Shown one piece after another: positions 48,307 through 56,948 of a stretch of DNA of 64,000 nucleotides. How positions within the stretch are numbered: position 1 is the stretch's first letter; each line of letters opens with the position of its first letter. Source of the stretch: Oscillospiraceae bacterium (GTDB taxonomy: Bacteria; Bacillota; Clostridia; Oscillospirales; Ruminococcaceae); the NCBI GenBank assembly GCA_014799385.1, contig JAAVIC010000006.1, positions 52,037 through 116,036 of the forward strand, given 5' to 3'. The position numbers were made by a program, and so were the translations under genes. The notes under the pieces were generated by a model. That model did no database searches. It was not told the DNA's origin and saw nothing but the letters and a program-made list of their open reading frames with translations.

Positions 48307-49320
48307 TTAATCCCTCGTGTCAACAGCGGCGGGGGTGAGCCTTATCAGCACCTCCGTGCCCGTATTGTCCGACTGGACGGTGATTTCGTGACCAAGCTCG
48401 CGGCATATGCGTTTGCAAAGATACAGTCCGATTCCCGTGGAGGCTTGCGCGCCGGTTTTAGGACCGTTGAACGTTCCGCGCCCGTTGTTGCCCGTGTATC
48501 CCCGCTCAAAAATCCTCGGCAGATCCTCCGCCGGGATCCCTATTCCCGTGTCGCGAACGGAAAGCATATTATCGGCAAGCACCGCTATCGTTACGCTGCC
48601 CCGCTTGGTGTATTTCAAAGCGTTGGAAATCACTTGCTCCACCACGAACAGCAGCCATTTTTCGTCCGTCAGAACATAATAATCCATTGGTTCGTAAACC
48701 AATTTGATATGCTGTCTGATAAACTGCGGGGAGAACTTTCTTACCGCCGCGCGGATAATCTTGTCCAACGGGCACTTTTTCAGCACGTAATCGCTGTTTT
48801 CGCCGTCCATATGAATGTAACATAGCGCCATTTTAACATACTGTTCGATTTTCAGCAGCTCGCCTGACAGCTCGCGGGATTCGTCCGTGTCCATTCCCTG
48901 TAACAGCAAGCTCATCGCGGAAATCGGTGTTTTGATCTGGTGCGCCCACATTGTGAAGTACATCACTGCCTCGTTATAACGGCGGTCGGAGTTGGTGTGA
49001 AGCGTACGCTTCTCCTCGTGTAGCAGCTCCAACAGCGTGTGATAGCACTCATCGATTTCGTTGTCACAATCCGGAAGATGTTCGAGCGTGAGGAGAATCT
49101 CGTTCTTAAGACCGCGCAGAGTGCGGAACTTCCGCCAGTAGCGGTGGAAATCCCCAAAGGCGGCAGCGGCGGTTATCACCGCGCAGATTGCCCCCGCGTA
49201 GAAAACGGCGTGCAGCGGAAGTCCGTAAAGCATCATAAACAGCGCGAATACCGCGCCGACCGTCAGTATTACGATGATTATGCGCCGCCTGTAATACAGA
49301 TAATTCGAGAAAAATTTCAC
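48307..49320 (-). CDS. Intramembrane-sensing histidine kinase, BceS/GraS-like
   Basis: Two closely spaced transmembrane helices; WAHQIKTP H-box; EQVISNALKY, DTGIG and GIGLYL boxes. Confidence 0.9.
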   Translation of the reverse strand: MKFFSNYLYYRRRIIIVILTVGAVFALFMMLYGLPLHAVFYAGAICAVITAAAAFGDFHRYWRKFRTLRGLKNEILLTLEHLPDCDNEIDECYHTLLELLHEEKRTLHTNSDRRYNEAVMYFTMWAHQIKTPISAMSLLLQGMDTDESRELSGELLKIEQYVKMALCYIHMDGENSDYVLKKCPLDKIIRAAVRKFSPQFIRQHIKLVYEPMDYYVLTDEKWLLFVVEQVISNALKYTKRGSVTIAVLADNMLSVRDTGIGIPAEDLPRIFERGYTGNNGRGTFNGPKTGAQASTGIGLYLCKRICRELGHEITVQSDNTGTEVLIRLTPAAVDTRD

Positions 49321-50798
49321 GGCTTTTTCCTCTTGGTGAAAATCGGCTCGGAGCGGCGGTCTGTGTTTTTCTTGGAGCGTTCAAGGCGTTCGGCTTCAAC
49401 GGCGCGTCTGTCCGCTTCAATTTGTTCCAGCTTGGATTTGCTTTTCTCTGCCAAATCCAACAGCATCAGGCGGTTATTGAACGAGGGCTTATCCAGGACG
49501 ATTTCAAACAGTGCGTCCATAAGCTGCTCGGCTTCCAAATCCGTTTCCACCAGGTGACGTTCCAAAAGCTCACGCTTAGTGACGGCAAGTTGGTCTATTT
49601 TATAGCACTCGCCAGTTTCGAGAATTTCATTCAGCGCAGCAAGAGAGGCTCGGAGTTTTACCGTCTGCGGAGGTTCGCTCTCCTCCGTTTTTGCGCGGCT
49701 GTCGGCGATTTCGCATTGAAGAAGATTTTTCAGGTCCGTGGGACCCAACTCGCGGATAAGCGCTTTAAGCTCGCGTCTGCCCTCGGGAATTGGCACATCG
49801 TGGTGATAAACCAACCAACTGATTTCCTCGGACATATTCCGCGGAAACTCCAGGCGGCGCATTATTCCCTCCGCAAGCAGCCGCGAACGTTCTCCGTGAC
49901 CCTTGAAATGCCCGTGCCCGGTGCTGTCAAGATACATACAGTCGGGCTTGCCGAGGTCGTGGAACAGCATAGCAAAGCGGATTTCCGGGACGGGGAGCGC
50001 GAATCCGACCGATTTTGCGATGTGTGTCCAGACGTCAAACGCGTGGTGAACCGAACGCTGATCCAGTCCGATACAAGACGCGATTTCGGGGAGGACGTAT
50101 TTAAGTATATCGGCGTTTTGTTCGAGGGCGCGAGCGGCGAATTTTCCCATTATAATGCGTTCCAGCTCCGTTCGTATCGACTCTGCGTCCGCGTATTCAA
50201 AGCAAGAGATGTTCGCGCGCATACAGTCGCGGGTTTTCTCCTCGATTTCGTACTCGTCCTCGGAGCAATAGCGAATCGCCTCCAGAAGCCGCGAGGGCTG
50301 CGTTGTGAAGCTCCCCGACATATCGTAAACTGCGGTAACCTCTGACTTGGTGTTTATCGTGACGTTCTCGCCGATAGCAACGATCTGCTTTATCTCGCCT
50401 GTCAGCGCGGATTTGCCGTCATACGGGTCAATCAAGCCCTCTTTCGGGGAGTATGCCATTGCGTTCATTGTGAATCCGCGCCGTTTGAGATCGACATCGA
50501 GAGAGTCCGCGTACATTACGCGGTTTCCGACAACCTCGCGGCGGTAGGGCGAGATCTGCACCACCATTCCGAGAATAGTGACGAGAATCTCCCCGCGTTC
50601 TCTGCCCTCGTCCGAGATTCGATAATCCCGAAACGCGAACATAATGTCGTTGATTTCCGCGTTCGTTACGACATCGAAGTCCTGCGGATTACGTTTGAGA
50701 ATCAGCTCGCGCACGCAAGCCCCGACAATATATGCCTCAAAGCCCGCATTCTCCAACTTCTCCAGAACTTCGGTTATTTGCTGCGGTAAAATAATCAT
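49317..50798 (-). CDS. CCA-adding enzyme/poly(A) polymerase-like nucleotidyltransferase with HD domain; specificity motifs altered
   Basis: GACVRE...DFD, DLKRRGFTMNAMA and FHDLGKP motifs; RRD and EDxxR motifs are not canonical. Confidence 0.8.
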   Translation of the reverse strand: MIILPQQITEVLEKLENAGFEAYIVGACVRELILKRNPQDFDVVTNAEINDIMFAFRDYRISDEGRERGEILVTILGMVVQISPYRREVVGNRVMYADSLDVDLKRRGFTMNAMAYSPKEGLIDPYDGKSALTGEIKQIVAIGENVTINTKSEVTAVYDMSGSFTTQPSRLLEAIRYCSEDEYEIEEKTRDCMRANISCFEYADAESIRTELERIIMGKFAARALEQNADILKYVLPEIASCIGLDQRSVHHAFDVWTHIAKSVGFALPVPEIRFAMLFHDLGKPDCMYLDSTGHGHFKGHGERSRLLAEGIMRRLEFPRNMSEEISWLVYHHDVPIPEGRRELKALIRELGPTDLKNLLQCEIADSRAKTEESEPPQTVKLRASLAALNEILETGECYKIDQLAVTKRELLERHLVETDLEAEQLMDALFEIVLDKPSFNNRLMLLDLAEKSKSKLEQIEADRRAVEAERLERSKKNTDRRSEPIFTKRKKP

Positions 50799-50903
50799 AG
50801 AAACCAGTCCTTTTTGATATAACTATTCATTATAATTATACACCATTTATTGCAGAATTGCAAGCGGTTTTCTATTTTATTTTGCGAATGGGAATCACAG
50901 AAA

Positions 50904-50932
50904 AGCCGCCCCTCGAACTTTGAGGGGCGGCT
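50904..50932 (-). terminator. Terminator of dockerin operon 2
   Basis: AGCCGCCCCTC stem followed by TTTT on the minus strand. Confidence 0.75.
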
Positions 50933-50958
50933 CACTCTGTTGAAAAATTGTTTTTTGT

Positions 50959-51870
50959 TTACTGTTCGTTGATAAGGAACTTCAGAATCGCAGTCGCGTC
51001 TGCGGCGGTCACTTTGCCGTTCTGATCCATGTCGGCATTTACGCTGCCAATATAGGATAGTTCCATTATGCCCGTCAGGTGTTTGAGGACTGCCGTTGCG
51101 TCTGCGGCGGTTACTATGCCGTCACAATTGGCGTCGCCCTTTTTCCAGGTCGGAGTAGGTGTGGGTTCGGGAGTGGGCGTTGGAGTAGGTGTGGGTTCGG
51201 GTTCCGGAGCAGGTGCGGGGGTAGAATCTATAGCAAAATTAACCCTGATATCTATATCGTTGGCGGGCATTGAAAATGTATATACGGTTTGGTTCGGCTG
51301 CCCCTGAATAGTGTCGGTTTTACAATATCTCGGCTGTCCCGAAACCCACAATTGGCTATTGTGATACTGCACCAGGATGTTATCAACCTTGTAGCCCTCT
51401 TTCGGAGTGGCGGTTATGGTTATCGTTTCGCCCTGTTTTAATGCCCCCTTATCGTCAATGGATATATCTCCCCCAAAGTTTTTGAGCTTCTGATAGATGT
51501 AAAAGGGTTTGTTGGTGGAGCTTGAAAATTCCACATTGTAGCTTACTTCTTCGTCCGGCATATTAATGATATAGGTTTTGCTTTGGCTACGCGGGTGGTC
51601 ATATATAAGTTCTTTATTGGATTTTCTTGCAACTACTGTAAAATTATCAATTTCACAACCATTACTTGCCGTTACGGTTATGGCTACTTGTGTGCCTGCG
51701 GCGGCTTGTGAGGGTGCGTTTACCGTTCCGGGACCTTCGGAACGATTGCATACAATGGGGTGGGTGGCTTGCGCCGCCGAAGCGGTTGTGTTGAATGCGC
51801 TGTTTGCGCTGAATGTGCCTGCCGTGAGAGCCAATGCCATCACAGCAGCAATTATTCTCTTGAATTTCAT
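50959..51870 (-). CDS. Secreted dockerin protein 7 (type A leader, two InlB-B-like repeats, PT linker)
   Basis: Signal peptide MKFKRIIAAVMALAL; F.MP..D(V/I) repeats; KGDANCDG...AADAT x2; ends KFLINEQ. Confidence 0.88.
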   Translation of the reverse strand: MKFKRIIAAVMALALTAGTFSANSAFNTTASAAQATHPIVCNRSEGPGTVNAPSQAAAGTQVAITVTASNGCEIDNFTVVARKSNKELIYDHPRSQSKTYIINMPDEEVSYNVEFSSSTNKPFYIYQKLKNFGGDISIDDKGALKQGETITITATPKEGYKVDNILVQYHNSQLWVSGQPRYCKTDTIQGQPNQTVYTFSMPANDIDIRVNFAIDSTPAPAPEPEPTPTPTPTPEPTPTPTWKKGDANCDGIVTAADATAVLKHLTGIMELSYIGSVNADMDQNGKVTAADATAILKFLINEQ

Positions 51871-51898
51871 TGCGTTTTCCTCCTATGTAGTTTCAATA

Positions 51899-52786
51899 TT
51901 AAGACTTGCCTACAAGCATTTTTAGAATCGCAGTTGCGTCTGCGGCGGTCACTTTGCCGTTCTGATCCATATCGGCATTTATACTGCCCACATATGATAA
52001 CTCCATTATACCCGTCAGGTGTTTGAGGATTGCCGTTGCGTCTGCGGCGGTCACTTTGCCGTCACAATTGGCGTCGCCCTTTTTCCACGTTGGAGAGGGG
52101 GTTGGTGTAGGGTCTGGCGTGGGATTTGGAGTTGGTGTGGGATTCGGGGTAGGTGTAGGATTCGGGGTAGGTGTAGGAGTAGGCTTCGTGGTTGATTGGA
52201 ATCGGCAATATACAACCACAGCATACGCGGGCATTATAAAACTGTTTCCATTAAGCGGAACGATGTCCGCGCTATTCTTATGATTATGCACATAAAGCTC
52301 GGCAATTTCTGCGCCTGCTTTCGGTACAGCGTTTATAGTAATTGTTTCACCTTCAACAGCCCCATATTTACTGACACTCACCTCCCCCAATCCCTCACTT
52401 CCGTCCATATCACAAGAAATCATGTACACCGTGATTGGTTTCATGTGTGTGGTTACACGTACATCGGCATCCGGCATTTGGAATGTCGCGGTGCATTTAG
52501 TCGTCTGAGAACTGATAAGAGTCTGTTCGTAATATTTACCGCCAAGATAATATGATAAAACTATTTTTTCAATCGTGCGGAAGGATTTGGGTTCTGCGGT
52601 TATTGTTACGGTGTCTCCCTCGCGGGCTTTGGGTTTATCGGATTCAATAGATATAAGTTGGTCAGAACCATTTATCACAATAGAGTGTTCTTCTTTTTCT
52701 GCAAATGCCACGGTGCTGAACGAACCCAGCGCAACGATTGAAGCAAGCGCGGCTGCCATAATTGACTTTTTGCCTTTGAATTTCAT
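51899..52786 (-). CDS. Secreted dockerin protein 6 (type B leader, two repeats)
   Basis: MKFKGKKSIMAAAL leader; PT/PN linker; dockerin ending KMLVGKS. Confidence 0.88.
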   Translation of the reverse strand: MKFKGKKSIMAAALASIVALGSFSTVAFAEKEEHSIVINGSDQLISIESDKPKAREGDTVTITAEPKSFRTIEKIVLSYYLGGKYYEQTLISSQTTKCTATFQMPDADVRVTTHMKPITVYMISCDMDGSEGLGEVSVSKYGAVEGETITINAVPKAGAEIAELYVHNHKNSADIVPLNGNSFIMPAYAVVVYCRFQSTTKPTPTPTPNPTPTPNPTPTPNPTPDPTPTPSPTWKKGDANCDGKVTAADATAILKHLTGIMELSYVGSINADMDQNGKVTAADATAILKMLVGKS

Positions 52787-52814
52787 TGAATTTGCCTCCT
52801 ATGTAGTTTCAATA

Positions 52815-53480
52815 TTAAGACTTGCCTACAAGCATTTTTAGAATCGCAGTCGCATCTGCGGCGGTCACTTTGCCGTTTTGGTCCATGTCGGCATTTACGC
52901 TGCCCACATAGGAAAGTTCCATTATGCCAGTCAAATGTTTGAGGATTGCCGTTGCGTCTGCGGCGGTCACTTGGCCGTCACAATTGGCATCGCCCTTTTT
53001 CCAACTGAGTGTCGGAGTTGGGTCGGGAGTCGGTGTCGGAGTGGGAGTAGGGTCGGGTGTGGGAGTAGGTGTGGGGTCAGGCTTTGATGTGGGTGGGTTA
53101 ATGAAATCAAAACGCACACCAACCTGTACATTAACTGAGGGCATTGTAAATCTTTTTTCGTATGTGCCGGTTATGTCGCTGTCATGAAAAAAACACTCCC
53201 CATTTCCTTGGTTGTAATATAAGCTAAATGAACCAATCTTACATCCGGCATCCGGTGTCACAGTTACGATTATCTCCTCGCCTGCCTCAGGGTAGTAATT
53301 ACTAATCACAACACGCCCATCCGGGCATTCTCCATTCGGATAAATTTGACCTACCGAAGCACAACCTACAAAGAGCTTTTTTGCCGGTTGCTCTGCCAGT
53401 GCTACCATACTAAACGAGTTTGCTGCAACAATCGTTGAAAGCGCGGCTGCCATAATTGACTTTTTGCCTTTGAATTTCAT
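52815..53480 (-). CDS. Secreted dockerin protein 5 (type B leader, one Cys-rich repeat)
   Basis: Same leader, linker and dockerin architecture. Confidence 0.88.
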   Translation of the reverse strand: MKFKGKKSIMAAALSTIVAANSFSMVALAEQPAKKLFVGCASVGQIYPNGECPDGRVVISNYYPEAGEEIIVTVTPDAGCKIGSFSLYYNQGNGECFFHDSDITGTYEKRFTMPSVNVQVGVRFDFINPPTSKPDPTPTPTPDPTPTPTPTPDPTPTLSWKKGDANCDGQVTAADATAILKHLTGIMELSYVGSVNADMDQNGKVTAADATAILKMLVGKS

Positions 53481-53507
53481 TGTTTTCCCTCCCGTACGGT
53501 TTCAATA

Positions 53508-54413
53508 TTATGACTTGCCTACAAGCATCTTTAGAATCGCAGTCGCATCTGCGGCGGTTACTTTGCCGTTTTGATCCATATCAGCATTTACGCTGCCAAT
53601 ATAGGATAGTTCCATTATGCCCGTCAAGTGTTTGAGGACTGCCGTTGCGTCTGCGGCGGTTACTATGCCGTCACAATTGGCATCTCCCTTTTTCCAATTG
53701 AGTGTCGGAGTTGGGTCGGGAGTTGGTGTCGGAGTGGGCGTGGGTTCCGGTGTGGGGGCAGGAGCAATATCTTCAACGAAATTAACGCAAATATCTATAT
53801 CGTTGTCGGGCATTGAAAATGTGTATACGGTTTGGTTCGGCTGCCCCGGAATAGTGTCGGTTTTAGAATACTTCGGCTGACCGGGGGTATATGATTGGCT
53901 GTTGTAATACTGAACCAAGACATTGCCAACCTTATAGCCCTCTCTCGGAGTGGCAGTTACGGTTACCAAATCGCCTGGGCTTATTGCTCCTTCCTCCTTG
54001 TCAACCGATATATTTCCCCGACCGGTGTAATACGTTTGATAGATATAATAGGGACGATTGACAGATTTTGAAAAGATCACGTTGTAGTATACCCATTCAT
54101 CCGGCATAACAAATTCATAGGTCTTGCTTTTGCTGCAAGGGGAGTCGTTTATAAGTGTTTTGCCGGATTCTGAAACTACCGTAAAACGATATACTGCATA
54201 ACCCTCATCCGCTGTTGCGGTTAGTTTTACTGTATCACCTGCGGCTGCCTGAGGTGATACATTTACTGTTCCGGGACCATCAAATTGATGGCGGCGAATA
54301 TCGTGGGTGGCTTGTGCCGCCGAAGCGGTTGTGTTGAACGCGCTGTTTGCGCTGAATGTACTTGCTGTGAGAGCCAAGCTCATTACAACAGCTGTTATGG
54401 ACTTAAATTTCAT
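53508..54413 (-). CDS. Secreted dockerin protein 4 (type A leader, two repeats); close paralog of 50959-51870
   Basis: FSANSAFNTTASAAQATH and KTDTI.GQPNQTVYTFSMP shared with protein 7. Confidence 0.88.
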   Translation of the reverse strand: MKFKSITAVVMSLALTASTFSANSAFNTTASAAQATHDIRRHQFDGPGTVNVSPQAAAGDTVKLTATADEGYAVYRFTVVSESGKTLINDSPCSKSKTYEFVMPDEWVYYNVIFSKSVNRPYYIYQTYYTGRGNISVDKEEGAISPGDLVTVTATPREGYKVGNVLVQYYNSQSYTPGQPKYSKTDTIPGQPNQTVYTFSMPDNDIDICVNFVEDIAPAPTPEPTPTPTPTPDPTPTLNWKKGDANCDGIVTAADATAVLKHLTGIMELSYIGSVNADMDQNGKVTAADATAILKMLVGKS

Positions 54414-54491
54414 CGAATCATCCTCCTGTGCAAAAACAGATTAATTTCTTGTTGCAAGCTATTTTGCAACACAGCATAGCTTGTAAAATAT

Positions 54492-54520
54492 ATTATAACA
54501 CAATATAATTTGTTTGTCAA
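54492..54520 (-). promoter_or_regulatory. Promoter of dockerin operon 2
   Basis: TTGACA-N17-TATAAT. Confidence 0.8.
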
Positions 54521-54564
54521 TAGATTTTTCTCAAATTTCATTAAATAATTTTATGGGAATAAGT

Positions 54565-54597
54565 GTGAGCCGCTCCCTATTTCAGGGAGCGGCTCAC
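54565..54597 (-). terminator. Terminator of dockerin operon 1
   Basis: GTGAGCCGCTCCCT-ATTTC-AGGGAGCGGCTCAC. Confidence 0.75.
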
Positions 54598-54620
54598 TCT
54601 GTTGAGAAATTGTTTTTTGT

Positions 54621-55238
54621 TTACTGTTCGTTGATAAGGAATTTCAGAATCGCCGTTGCGTCTGCGGCGGTCACTTTGCCGTTCTGATCCATGTCGGCAT
54701 TTACGCTGCCAATATAGGATAACTCTATTATGCCCGCCAAGTGTTTAAGTACCGCTGTTGCGTCTGCGGCGGTTACTATGCCGTCACAGTTAGCGTCGCC
54801 CTTTTTCCAACTGAGTGTCGGAGTTGGGTCGGGGGTCGGTGTAGGTGTGGGAGTAGGGGTTGGGTCGGGGTCTGGTTCATAATCAAAGGTTACGATTACA
54901 GCTACATCGTGATCCGGCATTTGGATTGGCACCTCACATTTACCCGTCACAAAACTGGCAAGAACTTCTTTATTATAACTATCTATAGATTCTGCTATAG
55001 ATAACCATTTAATTATGACACCGGATTCAGGTTCTGCGGTTATTGTTACGGTATCGCCTTCGCGGGCTTTGGTTTTATTGGTAGCTATACGTCCGTTTCC
55101 ACGTGAAGTGGGTCCTATATATATCCGAACATTATGTTCGGTTTTTTCTTCCGCAAATGCCACGGTGCTGAACGAACCCACTGCAACGATTGAAGCAAGC
55201 GCGGCTGCCATAATTACCTTTTTACCTTTGAATTTCAT
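54621..55238 (-). CDS. Secreted dockerin protein 3 (type B leader, one repeat)
   Basis: Same architecture; ends KFLINEQ. Confidence 0.88.
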   Translation of the reverse strand: MKFKGKKVIMAAALASIVAVGSFSTVAFAEEKTEHNVRIYIGPTSRGNGRIATNKTKAREGDTVTITAEPESGVIIKWLSIAESIDSYNKEVLASFVTGKCEVPIQMPDHDVAVIVTFDYEPDPDPTPTPTPTPTPDPTPTLSWKKGDANCDGIVTAADATAVLKHLAGIIELSYIGSVNADMDQNGKVTAADATAILKFLINEQ

Positions 55239-55266
55239 TGTGTTTTCCTCCTATGTAGTTTCAATA

Positions 55267-55911
55267 TTAAGTCTTTCCGACAAGTAGCTTCAGAATCGCC
55301 GTTGCGTCTGCGGCGGTTACTTTGCCGTTCTGATCCATATCGGCATTTACGCTGCCCATATAGGATAGTTCCATTATACCCGCCAAGTGTTTAAGCACCG
55401 CTGTTGCGTCCTCGGCGGTCACTTTGCCGTCGCAGTTAGCGTCGCCCTTTTTCCAAGTCGGAGCGGGTGTGGGAGTAGGAGTAGGCGTTGGGGTGGGCGT
55501 AGGGGTAGGAGTTGGGGTAGGAGTAGGGTCAGGTTCGGGAGTAGGTTCGGGTATGAAATCCCAAACCACAGAAACAGTTACGTGTTTTGCGGGCATTGTA
55601 AACGTTGTGGTAAACGTTGAAGTACCGCTCGAATAGAGTTGTCCGTTAATATAAAGATTATTATACCTGCAGCCCGCAGCGGGCGTCACGGTCACGGTTA
55701 TGGTTTCGCCCGGGGAAATATCCCGGGTTTTGCTTACAGACAATGTCCCGGAGGGCTGTTGGATTCTGTCTCCATACTTGGGGTAAGATGTAATGCTGTT
55801 GATTGAATAAGTTTGGGTGCTTCCCGCAAACGCTGTCGCGCTGAAAGAGTTTGCCGCAACAATTGCCGAAAGCGCGGCTGCCATAATTGCCTTTTTACTC
55901 TTGAATTTCAT
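55267..55911 (-). CDS. Secreted dockerin protein 2 (type B leader, one repeat, long PT linker)
   Basis: Same architecture; ends KLLVGKT. Confidence 0.88.
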   Translation of the reverse strand: MKFKSKKAIMAAALSAIVAANSFSATAFAGSTQTYSINSITSYPKYGDRIQQPSGTLSVSKTRDISPGETITVTVTPAAGCRYNNLYINGQLYSSGTSTFTTTFTMPAKHVTVSVVWDFIPEPTPEPDPTPTPTPTPTPTPTPTPTPTPAPTWKKGDANCDGKVTAEDATAVLKHLAGIMELSYMGSVNADMDQNGKVTAADATAILKLLVGKT

Positions 55912-55938
55912 TGTTTCTCCTCCCGTACGGTTTCAAAA

Positions 55939-56583
55939 TTACGACTTGCCTACAAGTAACTTCAGAATCGCAGTTGCGTCTGCGGCGGTTACTTTGCCGT
56001 TTTGATCCATATCAGCATTTACGCTGCCCATATAGGATAGTTCTGTTATGCCTGCCAAGTGTTTGAGTACCGCTGTTGCGTCCTCGGCTGTTACTTTGCC
56101 GTCACAATTTGCGTCGCCCTTTTTCCAAGTGGGAGCGGGAGTTATGGGAGGCTGCTCCGGAGTAGGCTCGGGTGTGGGATCGGGAGTAGGCTCAGGTGTA
56201 GGTTCGGGCACGGGTGCATAATCCCAAATTGCGGTTACGTCCACATCAGCATCAGGCATTTGGAAACATGCGGTATATTGAGTTGTTATATCGCTGGCAA
56301 GAGTCTGTTTGTTCCCATTGTACTCAAGAATTATTTTTGCTTGGCAGCCGGGATAAGGTTCTACTGTTATTTCTACGATTTCGTCTTCGCAGACTTGAGC
56401 TTTATTGGTATTTATACGTCCGCCTCTAGTTACATGTTCGTTTGCGGGCGTATTTGGAATACGTGAATGAAGTTTAACATTATGTTCGGTTTTTTCCGCC
56501 AATGCAACTGTATTGAACGAACCCACCGCAACGATTGAAGCAAGCGCGGCTGCTATAATTGACTTTTTGCCTTTGAATTTCAT
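55939..56583 (-). CDS. Secreted dockerin protein 1 (type B leader, one repeat)
   Basis: Start ATG 56583 after CAGGAGGA RBS; same architecture. Confidence 0.88.
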   Translation of the reverse strand: MKFKGKKSIIAAALASIVAVGSFNTVALAEKTEHNVKLHSRIPNTPANEHVTRGGRINTNKAQVCEDEIVEITVEPYPGCQAKIILEYNGNKQTLASDITTQYTACFQMPDADVDVTAIWDYAPVPEPTPEPTPDPTPEPTPEQPPITPAPTWKKGDANCDGKVTAEDATAVLKHLAGITELSYMGSVNADMDQNGKVTAADATAILKLLVGKS

Positions 56584-56664
56584 TGTGCTTTCCTCCTGTG
56601 CAAAAGAACAGAACCAATTTCCTGTGTAAGCTATATTGCAGTACAATATATCTTTTTAAGATGT

Positions 56665-56693
56665 ATTATAACACAAGAAAGCTGTCTTGTCAA
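56665..56693 (-). promoter_or_regulatory. Promoter of dockerin operon 1
   Basis: TTGACA-N17-TATAAT; flanks resemble those at 54492-54560. Confidence 0.8.
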
Positions 56694-56812
56694 TATATTT
56701 TCCTTAAATTTCATTAAATATTTTTATAGGAAAATCGCTGTATACCGCGAAATTCTATTTACAGCATTTGAAATAATTGGAAAACTTTTTCCGAAAAAAT
56801 TCACAAAAGGAC

Positions 56813-56841
56813 TTGCATTTTGTGAAATGTTGTTGTATAAT
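56813..56841 (+). promoter_or_regulatory. Promoter of the EF-G paralog
   Basis: TTGCAT-N17-TATAAT with TG extension. Confidence 0.7.
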
Positions 56842-56902
56842 AGTTATAAAGTTCCTGATTCTTACCAACCAACAAGGAATTAACGAATTATTTTCAACTG
56901 AA

Positions 56903-56948
56903 AGGGGTGAAGTGCAAATTCGGCAATCCACCGAATTTGCTATTAAAA
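56903..56948 (+). repeat. Modular leader repeat, copy 11 (minimal hairpin) directly before the ATG
   Basis: GGGGTGAAGTGCAAATTCGG-CAATCCA-CCGAATTTGCTATTAAAA-ATG. Confidence 0.7.

Noticed and set aside
50959-56583. Diversity-generating retroelement or invertase shufflon behind the dockerin array
   Set aside because: No reverse transcriptase, recombinase, inverted cassettes or adenine-specific template/variable repeat pair; all genes are co-oriented.
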